Virus record (IMG/VR): IMGVR_UViG_3300047669_001037
Span: 1-25,639 of that record
DNA: 25,639 nucleotides
From: a virus
Lineage: Duplodnaviria; Caudoviricetes
Strand: one strand, 5' to 3'
In this document: in pieces, positions 7,776 to 16,051 of the stretch
Position numbering within the stretch: position 1 is the stretch's first letter
Layout: each line of letters opens with the position of its first letter
Notes under the pieces: model-generated
The model's database searches: none
Seen by the model: only the letters and a program-made list of their open reading frames with translations
What the model was told of the DNA's origin: nothing
Program-made: the position numbers and the translations under genes

Positions 7776-8944
7776 TGGCCGCCGCCCTCGACAGCCCTGC
7801 AAAACCTCTCCACGCCGACCCGCGTCGGTTCACGTTTCAAGCCACGATCGGCAAGGTCGACCGGGCTTCCGGCGTCCTTCGCGACGTCGTCATCATCGAG
7901 GCGGGCGAAGCTCGAGGCCATCGGATGATGATCAGCGAGCGTTCGGTCGAGGCCGCGAACGAACTCCTGCGGGACGTTTCACTTCCGGCCTACATCACAC
8001 ACGCTGGAGCCTATGGCGACCGACTCCTGAACGAGATCGGAGTCTTCTCGGACTTTTATCGGGACGGCGATCGGATTCGCGCGGCGCGCTTCGAGATTCT
8101 ACCGAGCTACCGCGAAGACGAGCCGGAGCAGTTCGCCCGCCTGTTCGATTTGGCCGAACGACTGCCGCAGACTTTTGGGATCTCGATCGTTTTCGAGGGG
8201 TCGATGTTTTGGGAAACCGAAGACGGCGTCGAAGAGTTTACCGGCTACGGCGAACGGCCCGAAGATGCGCTCTTCGGCTTTCCGACAATTACACCGACCC
8301 TCATCGAGTCCGCCGATTTCGTCGACACTCCGGCGGCGACTTCTTCGCTCTTCAGCGAGGGCGAACGGGACAAACCTTTTCAGGGTAAGGATATGGACGA
8401 AAACACAAACGACCAAACCGAAACGCTGACGACTCTCGCCGAGTCGGCCAGCGCAGAACTCGAGCGTCGCAAGGCGGAAGAGGCTGGGGGATCACCCGAG
8501 CCGGAAGCCGCCCCCGCCAAAACAAAGAAGGCCGCGAAGAAGAAGAAGCTCGAGGCCGCGACCGAGACAGCGCCCGATCCGGTCGCCGAAAAAGAAGCTG
8601 AACCGGAGACCGAAGACCTCGACGCGATCGAGGACGAGGACGATACCGACGACGCCGACGAGCCGACTAGCGAGGTCGAGCTTCGGGTCGCCGAGCGCGA
8701 CGTTCTGATCGGCGAGCAGCAGCAGCAGATCGAAGAACTTCAGCAGCAGATCGAGACCCTGAAAAAAATCTTCAGCGGTCACGACGAGATCGACGACGAC
8801 TTCGCCGTTCTGGCCGACGCGAAGCCGGTCGACGCGAAAGCCGACGCGATCACCGACTACCTCCAAGCCAACCCGAGCCACTCGCGGATGACGGCAGTCC
8901 TGCAAGTCGCCAAAAAATCACCCGAACTTTTTCAACTCAACTAA
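7775..8944 (+). CDS. Prohead protease fused to a C-terminal scaffold domain
   Basis: Located between portal and capsid genes. N-terminal globular domain (GEARGH, YITH, FGISIVF, ADFVDTPAAT), then acidic low-complexity and coiled-coil C-terminus (EQQQQIEELQQQIETL). Confidence 0.8.
   Translation: MAAALDSPAKPLHADPRRFTFQATIGKVDRASGVLRDVVIIEAGEARGHRMMISERSVEAANELLRDVSLPAYITHAGAYGDRLLNEIGVFSDFYRDGDRIRAARFEILPSYREDEPEQFARLFDLAERLPQTFGISIVFEGSMFWETEDGVEEFTGYGERPEDALFGFPTITPTLIESADFVDTPAATSSLFSEGERDKPFQGKDMDENTNDQTETLTTLAESASAELERRKAEEAGGSPEPEAAPAKTKKAAKKKKLEAATETAPDPVAEKEAEPETEDLDAIEDEDDTDDADEPTSEVELRVAERDVLIGEQQQQIEELQQQIETLKKIFSGHDEIDDDFAVLADAKPVDAKADAITDYLQANPSHSRMTAVLQVAKKSPELFQLN
8368..8395 (+). 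promoter_or_regulatory. Late-promoter-like motif copy 4, internal to the protease gene
   Basis: GGACA AACCTTTTCAGG GTAA-GGATATG. In-frame ATG at 8393. Confidence 0.65.
8393..8944 (+). CDS. Nested in-frame scaffolding protein (Nu3-like, 183 aa)
   Basis: In-frame ATG (MDENTND...) at the protease/acidic-domain boundary, preceded by the conserved motif. Parallels lambda Nu3 inside gene C. Confidence 0.6.
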   Translation: MDENTNDQTETLTTLAESASAELERRKAEEAGGSPEPEAAPAKTKKAAKKKKLEAATETAPDPVAEKEAEPETEDLDAIEDEDDTDDADEPTSEVELRVAERDVLIGEQQQQIEELQQQIETLKKIFSGHDEIDDDFAVLADAKPVDAKADAITDYLQANPSHSRMTAVLQVAKKSPELFQLN

Positions 8945-8959
8945 ACCAAAGCAAAAAAA

Positions 8960-9340
8960 ATGGGAGCAACTACATTCCAATCAAGCGGGCGGACGTTCCA
9001 AGCGACCGCCGTCGCAATCGCAGCCTACTCGGTCGTGTCTTATGACTCGAGCGGGACGATCGCCGTCAGCGGCGACAACGCCACCGAGCAAGCCATCGGA
9101 GTCACGACCGAAGACATCGCCGCGAGCGGTTACGGGAACGTGCAACTCTTTAACGCCGGAGGAACCGCGCAAGTCCTTTGCGGCGGCAATACGATCGCAA
9201 TCGCCGACACGGTCTACCTCGACGGCAGCGGCAAGATCGGAACCGATAACACGAACACGAAGGTCGGCCTCGCGATGGCTGCCTCGTCCGCCGACGGCGA
9301 CGTGATCGAAGTCTACCCCCACCAAACCTTTTTAGCATAA
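8960..9340 (+). CDS. Capsid decoration/cement protein (DUF2190-like)
   Basis: 126 aa, Gly/Ala/Thr-rich beta protein with AIGVT, IAIADTVY and VGLAMAASSADGDVIEV, directly before the capsid gene. Confidence 0.75.
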   Translation: MGATTFQSSGRTFQATAVAIAAYSVVSYDSSGTIAVSGDNATEQAIGVTTEDIAASGYGNVQLFNAGGTAQVLCGGNTIAIADTVYLDGSGKIGTDNTNTKVGLAMAASSADGDVIEVYPHQTFLA

Positions 9341-9357
9341 CCCAAAGGAATTAAAAA

Positions 9358-10287
9358 ATGAGCTTTTTCCAATCATCCGCCGCGAGCTTCCAGCCGGTAA
9401 TCGCTGAAGCAGTAAACGAAGTCGATCGCCAGCAATTTGTTGGCGCGCGGATTCTTCCATTCCAAACCGTCGGCGCGAAGTCGGCGACCTACGCGAAGAT
9501 CAAAGCCGCCGAGTTCGACAACGACATCAGCAAGCCGCGCGCCGCTGGGTCGAACTTCGCCCGCACGTCGAGCGAATACGAGTCGGCGACCTACACTTGC
9601 ATCGAGTACGGAGTCGAAAACTCAATGGACGACCTCGACCTCGCCGCCGCTGAAACCGACGCGCAGCTCGACATTGCGACCGTCGCCGCGAATCAGCTCG
9701 CCGACGATCTGATGATCGGCCACGAGATCCGAACCGCAAACGCCATTTCGGGCGCGGGCTTTAACAGCACCGCCGCGACCGCCGCGATGTCCGTCGTCGC
9801 GTCGGCCACGCCGATCGCCGACATCACGAACGCCGTCCTGCGGCTGAACGCGAACGGCATTTTCAGGGGGATCAGATTGATCGTCGAGGCGAGTCTCTAC
9901 GCCGAGATGCTTCAGACTGACGATATGCGGAATCTGATCAATGGATCGGGGTCGATGTTTTACTCTGAAGATCAGGTCGCTCGAATCCTCGGAGTCGACA
10001 GCGTGATCGTCTGCAACACCCGCTACAATGCCGCCGTGAAAGGCCAAACCGGATCGCGTTCCAAAGTGTTCAGCGATTCGACCTACTACGTCGCGCAAGT
10101 CGCCGACGGCCCCCTCTCGAATGGTGGCATCGGTCGCACGCTTTACTACAACGCCAGACAGTCTTGGCAGTTCGTGACGGAAACCTTCCGCACCGAGATG
10201 CCGCCCGCGAGCGTCGTCCGTGTTCGGATGACGACCGACGAGCTGATTATCAATGACTTCGCTGGCGAGAAAATCACAGGGGCTTAA
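9358..10287 (+). CDS. Major capsid protein (lambda gpE-like)
   Basis: 309 aa with FVGARILP, RAAGS, Y.CIEYGVE, HEIRTA and ATPIADI. Strong C-ending codon bias. A-rich leader with AAGGA; followed by a terminator. Confidence 0.85.
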   Translation: MSFFQSSAASFQPVIAEAVNEVDRQQFVGARILPFQTVGAKSATYAKIKAAEFDNDISKPRAAGSNFARTSSEYESATYTCIEYGVENSMDDLDLAAAETDAQLDIATVAANQLADDLMIGHEIRTANAISGAGFNSTAATAAMSVVASATPIADITNAVLRLNANGIFRGIRLIVEASLYAEMLQTDDMRNLINGSGSMFYSEDQVARILGVDSVIVCNTRYNAAVKGQTGSRSKVFSDSTYYVAQVADGPLSNGGIGRTLYYNARQSWQFVTETFRTEMPPASVVRVRMTTDELIINDFAGEKITGA

Positions 10288-10312
10288 GTCTTGGCCCTCT
10301 GAAGGGGAACTG

Positions 10313-10346
10313 AAAGGGGCGGGGCTTTGGCGGCCTCGCCCTTTTT
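10313..10346 (+). terminator. Rho-independent terminator after the capsid gene
   Basis: Stem GGGCGGGGC (10317-10325) / GCCTCGCCC (10333-10341), then TTTTT. A-tract on the 5' side. Confidence 0.8.
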
Positions 10347-10352
10347 CTTAAA

Positions 10353-10688
10353 ATGGCAAGCATAACGACAGCAAGTCTCACGGCGGACATCGATCACGCG
10401 CTTCTCGATTTCACCGTGACGCTGACGACCGTCCTGCCCACGTCCAGCGTGGGCGTTCAGTTCACGACCTCGAGCGCAACCATCACGCAAGACTTCCTGC
10501 TCGAAGAGAACGGGCGCGAAGTTCAGCTCGACAGCTCCTACCACTTGAACACGAACGGACTGTCGACCCTTCCATCGAAGGGCTGGGTCTTGAACGACGG
10601 GACGCGCGATCTGAAGGTCGCCAACACGACGACCGACGCCTCGGGTCTGCTGATGAAGCTCGACCTGATCGCGAGGCGGCAAAGGTAA
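10353..10688 (+). CDS. Head closure / head-tail adaptor protein (FII-like)
   Basis: 111-aa beta-rich protein ('LPSKGWVLNDG..LKV') in the neck position. Confidence 0.6.
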   Translation: MASITTASLTADIDHALLDFTVTLTTVLPTSSVGVQFTTSSATITQDFLLEENGREVQLDSSYHLNTNGLSTLPSKGWVLNDGTRDLKVANTTTDASGLLMKLDLIARRQR

Positions 10689-10692
10689 AACG

Positions 10693-11175
10693 ATGGCAGC
10701 GCCCAACATCGAAACGATTTACGACTTCGAGGTTCACTTCGAGACGCCCGCCGTCACGTTCCTGAACACCGCGACCGGCATCTCGGTCGTCCGCACGGTC
10801 GTCGAGACCGACCTGACGACGCCACGAATCGAGATTCGCTTCGAGATGCACGACGCCCTAGACCCAGCACCGCAAAGGGGGGGCGGGGCATCGCCGACGA
10901 CGATCGACTACCGGGCTTTCAATGCGAATTTTTTCGCGACTGTGATCACCGACAACGCGACCGGACAGGCGGCAGATCATTCCGTCTACAGGCGACAAGT
11001 CCGCGAGGCGTTGTCTCTCTCCGGCTCGAACTGGACGACGACAAACAACCCCTACTACGATCTCAAATACTGCCGCCCGATCGCGACCGACTACGAAGCC
11101 GACGGCGACTTCAACATCTCGACGATGAGCTTCGCGATCGTGTTCGGCATTCGCGACGACTCGTGGCCCGCCTGA
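10693..11175 (+). CDS. Tail terminator-like protein
   Basis: 160 aa, acidic, immediately before the tail tube gene. Call is positional. Confidence 0.55.
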   Translation: MAAPNIETIYDFEVHFETPAVTFLNTATGISVVRTVVETDLTTPRIEIRFEMHDALDPAPQRGGGASPTTIDYRAFNANFFATVITDNATGQAADHSVYRRQVREALSLSGSNWTTTNNPYYDLKYCRPIATDYEADGDFNISTMSFAIVFGIRDDSWPA

Positions 11176-11189
11176 TCCCGTTCCGTTCG

Positions 11190-11211
11190 GGACAAACGCG
11201 CAAAGGGTAAG
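11190..11211 (+). promoter_or_regulatory. Late-promoter-like motif copy 5
   Basis: GGACA AACGCGCAAAGG GTAA-G in the intergenic gap before the tail tube gene, which has its own AAGGA leader. Confidence 0.65.
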
Positions 11212-11273
11212 CAGCCGTCGGCAATGTGCAACAACCACGCCGACTTTTTAACCACTAGCAAAAAGGAAAACTG

Positions 11274-11642
11274 ATGGCAATCACTAGCGACGGAACCCAA
11301 TCATTTGGAATCCAAGATTCACCCGTGACGATCAACTCGATCGCCTACATCCTCGAAGGTGCATCTTTCACTTACGGGGGCAACCGCGTCGACATCGACG
11401 ACAGCAACGGCGAGCCCCTTGGCTCGACGATCGTCCCGCAGCGAGTCGAGGGATCGGCCACCCTGCAATATTCCACTGACTCGGCCACGACCGCCCCAAA
11501 CCCGTCGATCGGGCAGGAGATGATCACGGCAACGACGGACGGTCGGAACAATGCGACCTACATCATCACCGAAGTCGGCGACGCACAATCGCAGGGCGAC
11601 TACGCGAAGTGCTCGATCTCGTTCTATAAGAAACTGAACTAG
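11274..11642 (+). CDS. Major tail tube protein (minimal)
   Basis: 122 aa, Ser/Thr/Gly-rich beta pattern (EGSATLQY, YIITEVG, CSISF), followed by chaperone and tape measure genes. Confidence 0.65.
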   Translation: MAITSDGTQSFGIQDSPVTINSIAYILEGASFTYGGNRVDIDDSNGEPLGSTIVPQRVEGSATLQYSTDSATTAPNPSIGQEMITATTDGRNNATYIITEVGDAQSQGDYAKCSISFYKKLN

Positions 11643-11651
11643 GCCGCGACG

Positions 11652-12281
11652 ATGACAGTCGCGGAGCTTTGGGAGGTCTATCAGCCCAGAATCGCCGCCG
11701 CGAAGGATCAGGACAGACGCGAAGCCGACGAGGTTCTTCTGCCCTATCCGGAACTCGTCGGCGGCATCTGGGTCGAGTCGATCACGATCGAACGCCTTCT
11801 TCTTTTGGAGGCGGTCGAGCATCCTGTGTTGCGTGGCGGCGACCTCACTCGGAACGACGTCCTCAACTTTTTCTGGATTTGCTCGCCCGACTTCGTGGCG
11901 GGCGAGCCGAAGAAGGCGAAAAAATACTTCCGCAAGTTCTGGCGCGTCGATCTGAACAGGGTCGGTGAAGAGCTGGGCGATCATCTGAAGGCCGAGTTCG
12001 AGGCCAGCACGGGCAGCGACTCGCCGCCTCCGGCGAATTGGATCATCACCCTGATCGACGCGCTCGCCAGCGAATACGGCTGGGCCGAAGACCGCATTCT
12101 CGCGCTGCCGCTTCGCCGCGCCTTTGCCTACGCCCACGCTATGATGGCGCGCAAGGGTAGCAAAGAGATCCCGATCGCGAAACACGCCGACAAAGTCCGC
12201 CACGAATACCTTCACAAGATCGACGAGATCCGTCAGGCCAAGGCCGACGCCAACCCTGAACCCGAGCCGGAGGTCGCCTGA
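11652..12281 (+). CDS. Tail assembly chaperone
   Basis: 209 aa between tube and tape measure. C-terminal 'ALASEYGWAEDRILALPL' resembles gpT-like segments. Confidence 0.65.
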   Translation: MTVAELWEVYQPRIAAAKDQDRREADEVLLPYPELVGGIWVESITIERLLLLEAVEHPVLRGGDLTRNDVLNFFWICSPDFVAGEPKKAKKYFRKFWRVDLNRVGEELGDHLKAEFEASTGSDSPPPANWIITLIDALASEYGWAEDRILALPLRRAFAYAHAMMARKGSKEIPIAKHADKVRHEYLHKIDEIRQAKADANPEPEPEVA

Positions 12282-15208
12282 TGTCGAAGTTCTCGATCAC
12301 CGCCTACCTCGGGCTGAAGTCCGACAAATTCAAAAAAGGGCTTTCGAAAGTTCAGGGGCAGAGCAAAACGTCGATGGGAAAGATCGGCGGCCTTTTCAAA
12401 TCAGTCGGCCCGATGCTGGGCGCAGCGGTCGTCGCTGGGGCTGCCGTGGCCGCAGCCGCCGTCATTAAGTTCGGCAAAGATTCGCTGATGGCGTTCGCGA
12501 GTTTCGAGAAGGGGATGAAAGAAGTCTTCACTCTGATGCCGGGGATCAGCGAAGAGGCGATGGGGAAGATGGAAGATGACGTTTTGAGTCTCGCGAAAGA
12601 GATGGGCAAGCTGCCCGAAGAAGTCGTTCCTGCACTCTATCAGGCGATCAGCGCGGGCGTCCCGAAAGAGAACGTGATGACGTTCCTCGAGGTCGCATCG
12701 AAGGCATCCATCGGCGGCGTGACCTCGCTCGAGACGGCGGTCGATGGGTTGACGGGCGTCATCAATGCCTACGGCAAAGAGAATATGTCGGCGGCGAGAG
12801 CGTCCGACATAATGTTCACAGCCGTCAAATTAGGCAAAACGACTTTTGAGGAAATGTCTAATTCGCTGGGCGACGCGACGCCGCTCGCTAAAGCTCTCGG
12901 CGTTACATTCGAGGAACTGTCTGCGGCCCTCGCGACTTCGACGGGCATCACGGGCAACACCGCGAAGTCGGTCACGGGCCTGAAGAATATGATGGCCGAA
13001 CTGGGCAAGAAGGGGCAAGTCGCGGCAAAGAATTTCGAGATGATTTCGGGCAAGTCTTTTCCGGATTTCATCAAAGGCGGCGGAAGTATGAAGGAGGCGC
13101 TCGATCTGATGTCGGCCCACGCCGACAAGACCGGCGGCTCGATAATGGATCTTTTCGGCGGGATCGAGGCGGGGCAAGCCGCCTTGCAATTAACGGGCGA
13201 AGGGGCGGCGACTTTTGCAGCTAATCTTGACGAGATGGCGAACAGCGCGGGGGCGTCAGAAGCGGCCTTCGATACAATGGACGGGGGGATCACGCGGAGC
13301 TTCGACAAAATCAAGGCCAGCATCGCGGCGGCGATGATCAAGATCGGCGGCGCGATTGCGCCAATGGTCGAAGCGATCACGCCCGCGATCCAACAAATCG
13401 CCGACGCGATCGGCGATCTGCCTTGGAAAGAGATCGGTGAAGAAGTCGCGCAGATGGCGGAAGAGTTCAAGCCGACTTTCAAGGCACTGGTGAAAGCGTT
13501 AAAGGCGGCGTTCACAGCGGCGATGCCTTTGCTGAAAATCATCATCCGTCTAGCTGCGAAAACGCAACAATCGCAAGCGGGCGGAATGGTCGTAATGCTG
13601 AATATCCTCACGAAGCTGCTTATTATCGCCGAGCCTTTGCTGAATCTGATCCTGAAGATGATGGGCGGAATGAGGGGAATGGAAGACGCGACGAAGCCGG
13701 TGAATAAGACACTCAAAACGACGGTGAAACGTGTCAGCCTTTTGTCGATGCTTTTCAAGTGGCTGATCAAAGTGATTTCAGGCGTCGGGCGGATGTTCAT
13801 CGACGTCGTGAAGTGGTCAGTCAAAACTGTGAAAAAGGGATTCACCACGGCGCGCGACTTCATCAAAAAAACTCTTTCGGATATATTGCAAAAATTCAAA
13901 GACCTGTTTCCGGGCGTTGTCAAAGTAATTTCCGCGATCGTCGGCTTCGTGAAGAAGGGCGTCACGATGATGATCGACAAGTTCAAAGACCTCTTTCCGA
14001 ACGTCTCGAAGTCGATCGGCAAACTCGTCGGCGCAGTGAAGGGCGGCGTCGACAAGATCAAAGGCGCGTGGTCTTCGATGACTGGCAAGCTCGGCGGATG
14101 GTGGACGAAGTTGAAGAACAAGGTCACGGGCGAAGCTGAAGAGATGGGGCAAGGCGTTTCGAAGTCGATGGACGACGCCGCAGGGGCAACCGAAGAAGCA
14201 TTTAAGAAGTCGACGGAAGAATCTAGCAAGGCGATGAAGGGGTCGCTTTCAGATTTGAAATCATTCGGCGCGAAACTGCTCAAAAGCGCGAAGGGATTGG
14301 CGGAAGATCAGACGAAAGCGATGCAAGCGACGCTGATCAAGATGGGCGCGAACGCGGGGCACGTTATGAAGTTAAACGGGGAAGAGCTGCAAGAAATTTT
14401 CGAGAAGACCGGCGAGAAAGGAAAGGCCGTGATGGCCGAATATCAGGAGGCGAACGCAAAGCAGATCGATCATATGAAGAAAGCCCTCGAAGCTCTGGGC
14501 GTGAAGCAGTCCGAACTTGTCGGCAAATCGAACGAGGAAATCCGTCGGCTTTGGATCGGGACGGGCGAGAAGGGACAGGAAGCCTACAACGGCGTAATCG
14601 AAAAAGAAAAACAACTTCAGGCCGAGCAAGCCGCCGGAGCGAAGTCGCAAGTCGAGAACCAGCTCGCCGCGGCGAACGCGAACGTCGCGGCGTCCAATAA
14701 ACAGGCGGACGCGATGAAGCCGGTCGTGAACGCGGCCAAGTTATCAGCCGAAGCGGTGAAGAAGATCGGCCCAGCCATCGAGGCGGCCACGCCACCGACC
14801 GAAGCCTACGCGAAGGCGATCGTCGAGGCCGCTCACGCCGAAGACAAACTCGTCGCCCGTCTCGCCGTTCAGATTCAGCAGGGGACGATCCGGATGAAAA
14901 ACGCGGCGATGTACAATATGATCACAACCGGCACGATGAAGGTGATGGGCGTCCACCTCGCGCAGCTCCGCTACGGCATCCTCTACGTCTCACGGATGAG
15001 CCAATTCGCCGAAGTCTACGCAAAGGCACTGAAGTCGGTCGGGCCGGAGCTGAAAGACCTCGCGAAGCTGGGCGACGTTTTGGAAAAGGGGAAATTCTCG
15101 ATCGATCTGATCGCGAAGGGTCTGAAGTTCACCGGCCTTCTGATCTCGATGGATACCTCTCTGAAAAGCATCGACAAAAGCCTGAAGGGCAAGTTCGTTA
15201 ATCAATAA
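12281..15208 (+). CDS. Tail tape measure protein
   Basis: 975 aa, Ala/Lys-rich and helical. TP901-type core (ALYQAISAGV, AVKLGKTTFEE) and periodic aromatic repeats (KFKDLFP x2). Confidence 0.93.
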   Translation: MSKFSITAYLGLKSDKFKKGLSKVQGQSKTSMGKIGGLFKSVGPMLGAAVVAGAAVAAAAVIKFGKDSLMAFASFEKGMKEVFTLMPGISEEAMGKMEDDVLSLAKEMGKLPEEVVPALYQAISAGVPKENVMTFLEVASKASIGGVTSLETAVDGLTGVINAYGKENMSAARASDIMFTAVKLGKTTFEEMSNSLGDATPLAKALGVTFEELSAALATSTGITGNTAKSVTGLKNMMAELGKKGQVAAKNFEMISGKSFPDFIKGGGSMKEALDLMSAHADKTGGSIMDLFGGIEAGQAALQLTGEGAATFAANLDEMANSAGASEAAFDTMDGGITRSFDKIKASIAAAMIKIGGAIAPMVEAITPAIQQIADAIGDLPWKEIGEEVAQMAEEFKPTFKALVKALKAAFTAAMPLLKIIIRLAAKTQQSQAGGMVVMLNILTKLLIIAEPLLNLILKMMGGMRGMEDATKPVNKTLKTTVKRVSLLSMLFKWLIKVISGVGRMFIDVVKWSVKTVKKGFTTARDFIKKTLSDILQKFKDLFPGVVKVISAIVGFVKKGVTMMIDKFKDLFPNVSKSIGKLVGAVKGGVDKIKGAWSSMTGKLGGWWTKLKNKVTGEAEEMGQGVSKSMDDAAGATEEAFKKSTEESSKAMKGSLSDLKSFGAKLLKSAKGLAEDQTKAMQATLIKMGANAGHVMKLNGEELQEIFEKTGEKGKAVMAEYQEANAKQIDHMKKALEALGVKQSELVGKSNEEIRRLWIGTGEKGQEAYNGVIEKEKQLQAEQAAGAKSQVENQLAAANANVAASNKQADAMKPVVNAAKLSAEAVKKIGPAIEAATPPTEAYAKAIVEAAHAEDKLVARLAVQIQQGTIRMKNAAMYNMITTGTMKVMGVHLAQLRYGILYVSRMSQFAEVYAKALKSVGPELKDLAKLGDVLEKGKFSIDLIAKGLKFTGLLISMDTSLKSIDKSLKGKFVNQ

Positions 15209-15217
15209 AGGCAACCG

Positions 15218-16051
15218 ATGGCAATCACTTACGACGCCCCTTCGGCGAACTGGCAGACCGCCAGCGAGATCACCGCAGCGCCCCGCGTTATCTATCCGAT
15301 TTATCAGGAGCAGTCTGCCGTCGTCTACGAAAAAGACTACGTTCAAAACGAGGCCGACTTCGCCCCGCTCGCGCTGGATACTTCGATGCAAACGACAACG
15401 TGCGACGGCGCGACCGGAACCGGCACGGGCGATCTGTCCGTCGCCAGCACGACGGGCTTCCCTGACGCGGGGAAGATTCAGATCGAAAGCGAGTGGATCA
15501 CATACACCGGCAAGACCGCCACGACGCTCACGGGCATCGCGCGCGGGCAGGGTGAGGGAACTCAAACGAGTTCGCCCGCCGACCACGCGGACGGAACAAC
15601 GGTCTTCGCGGCGATCTGGCTGGTCGAAGAATCCGTTCCGCAACAACTCGGCGGCAGTCTGATTCGATGGACGCGACGCTTCGCAACCATCCCCGACACT
15701 TGGGTCGATTACGAAATGAGATCGACGAACTTTCCGGGCTATTACAATGACGTTTATGAAGCAAATTTTCGTTGCCCGCTCGTCGAAAATGTCGTCTGGA
15801 AAGTCACGAATCGTTACTACGGAAACGACGACCCCTACGCGAACATCGCGGTCATTGCCCAGAAGTTCGCATCGAAAGACGCCGACGGTTGCATTCTTGA
15901 CTATGTCGATGCAACGACCACGACGCCGACCTATGCAACATATATCGGCTGGGTCTCGGCGGCGACTCTGATCGACGTCAGCGACTGCACTCTCGAGAGA
16001 TACGCGGGGAACATCTGGATACAAAAACAATTTGAAACGGCGGCGAAATAA
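15218..16051 (+). CDS. Tail tip protein
   Basis: 277 aa directly after the tape measure. Contains the virion-protein motif VASTTGFP..GKIQIESEWITYTGKTATTLTGIARG. Confidence 0.6.
   Translation: MAITYDAPSANWQTASEITAAPRVIYPIYQEQSAVVYEKDYVQNEADFAPLALDTSMQTTTCDGATGTGTGDLSVASTTGFPDAGKIQIESEWITYTGKTATTLTGIARGQGEGTQTSSPADHADGTTVFAAIWLVEESVPQQLGGSLIRWTRRFATIPDTWVDYEMRSTNFPGYYNDVYEANFRCPLVENVVWKVTNRYYGNDDPYANIAVIAQKFASKDADGCILDYVDATTTTPTYATYIGWVSAATLIDVSDCTLERYAGNIWIQKQFETAAK

Noticed and set aside
10963-10983. GGACAGGC resembling motif copies 1-2
   Set aside because: No RTRA at the 12-nt spacing, and it lies mid-gene.
11860-11880. Programmed frameshift in the tail chaperone (T-run near 11868)
   Set aside because: Not a canonical XXXYYYZ heptamer, and the ORF already continues in frame to the tape measure start.
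12769-14283. 504-aa minus-strand ORF (and other long antisense ORFs such as 4103-5035, 11319-12215, 14990-16030)
   Set aside because: Antisense shadows of well-supported + strand genes, explained by codon bias.
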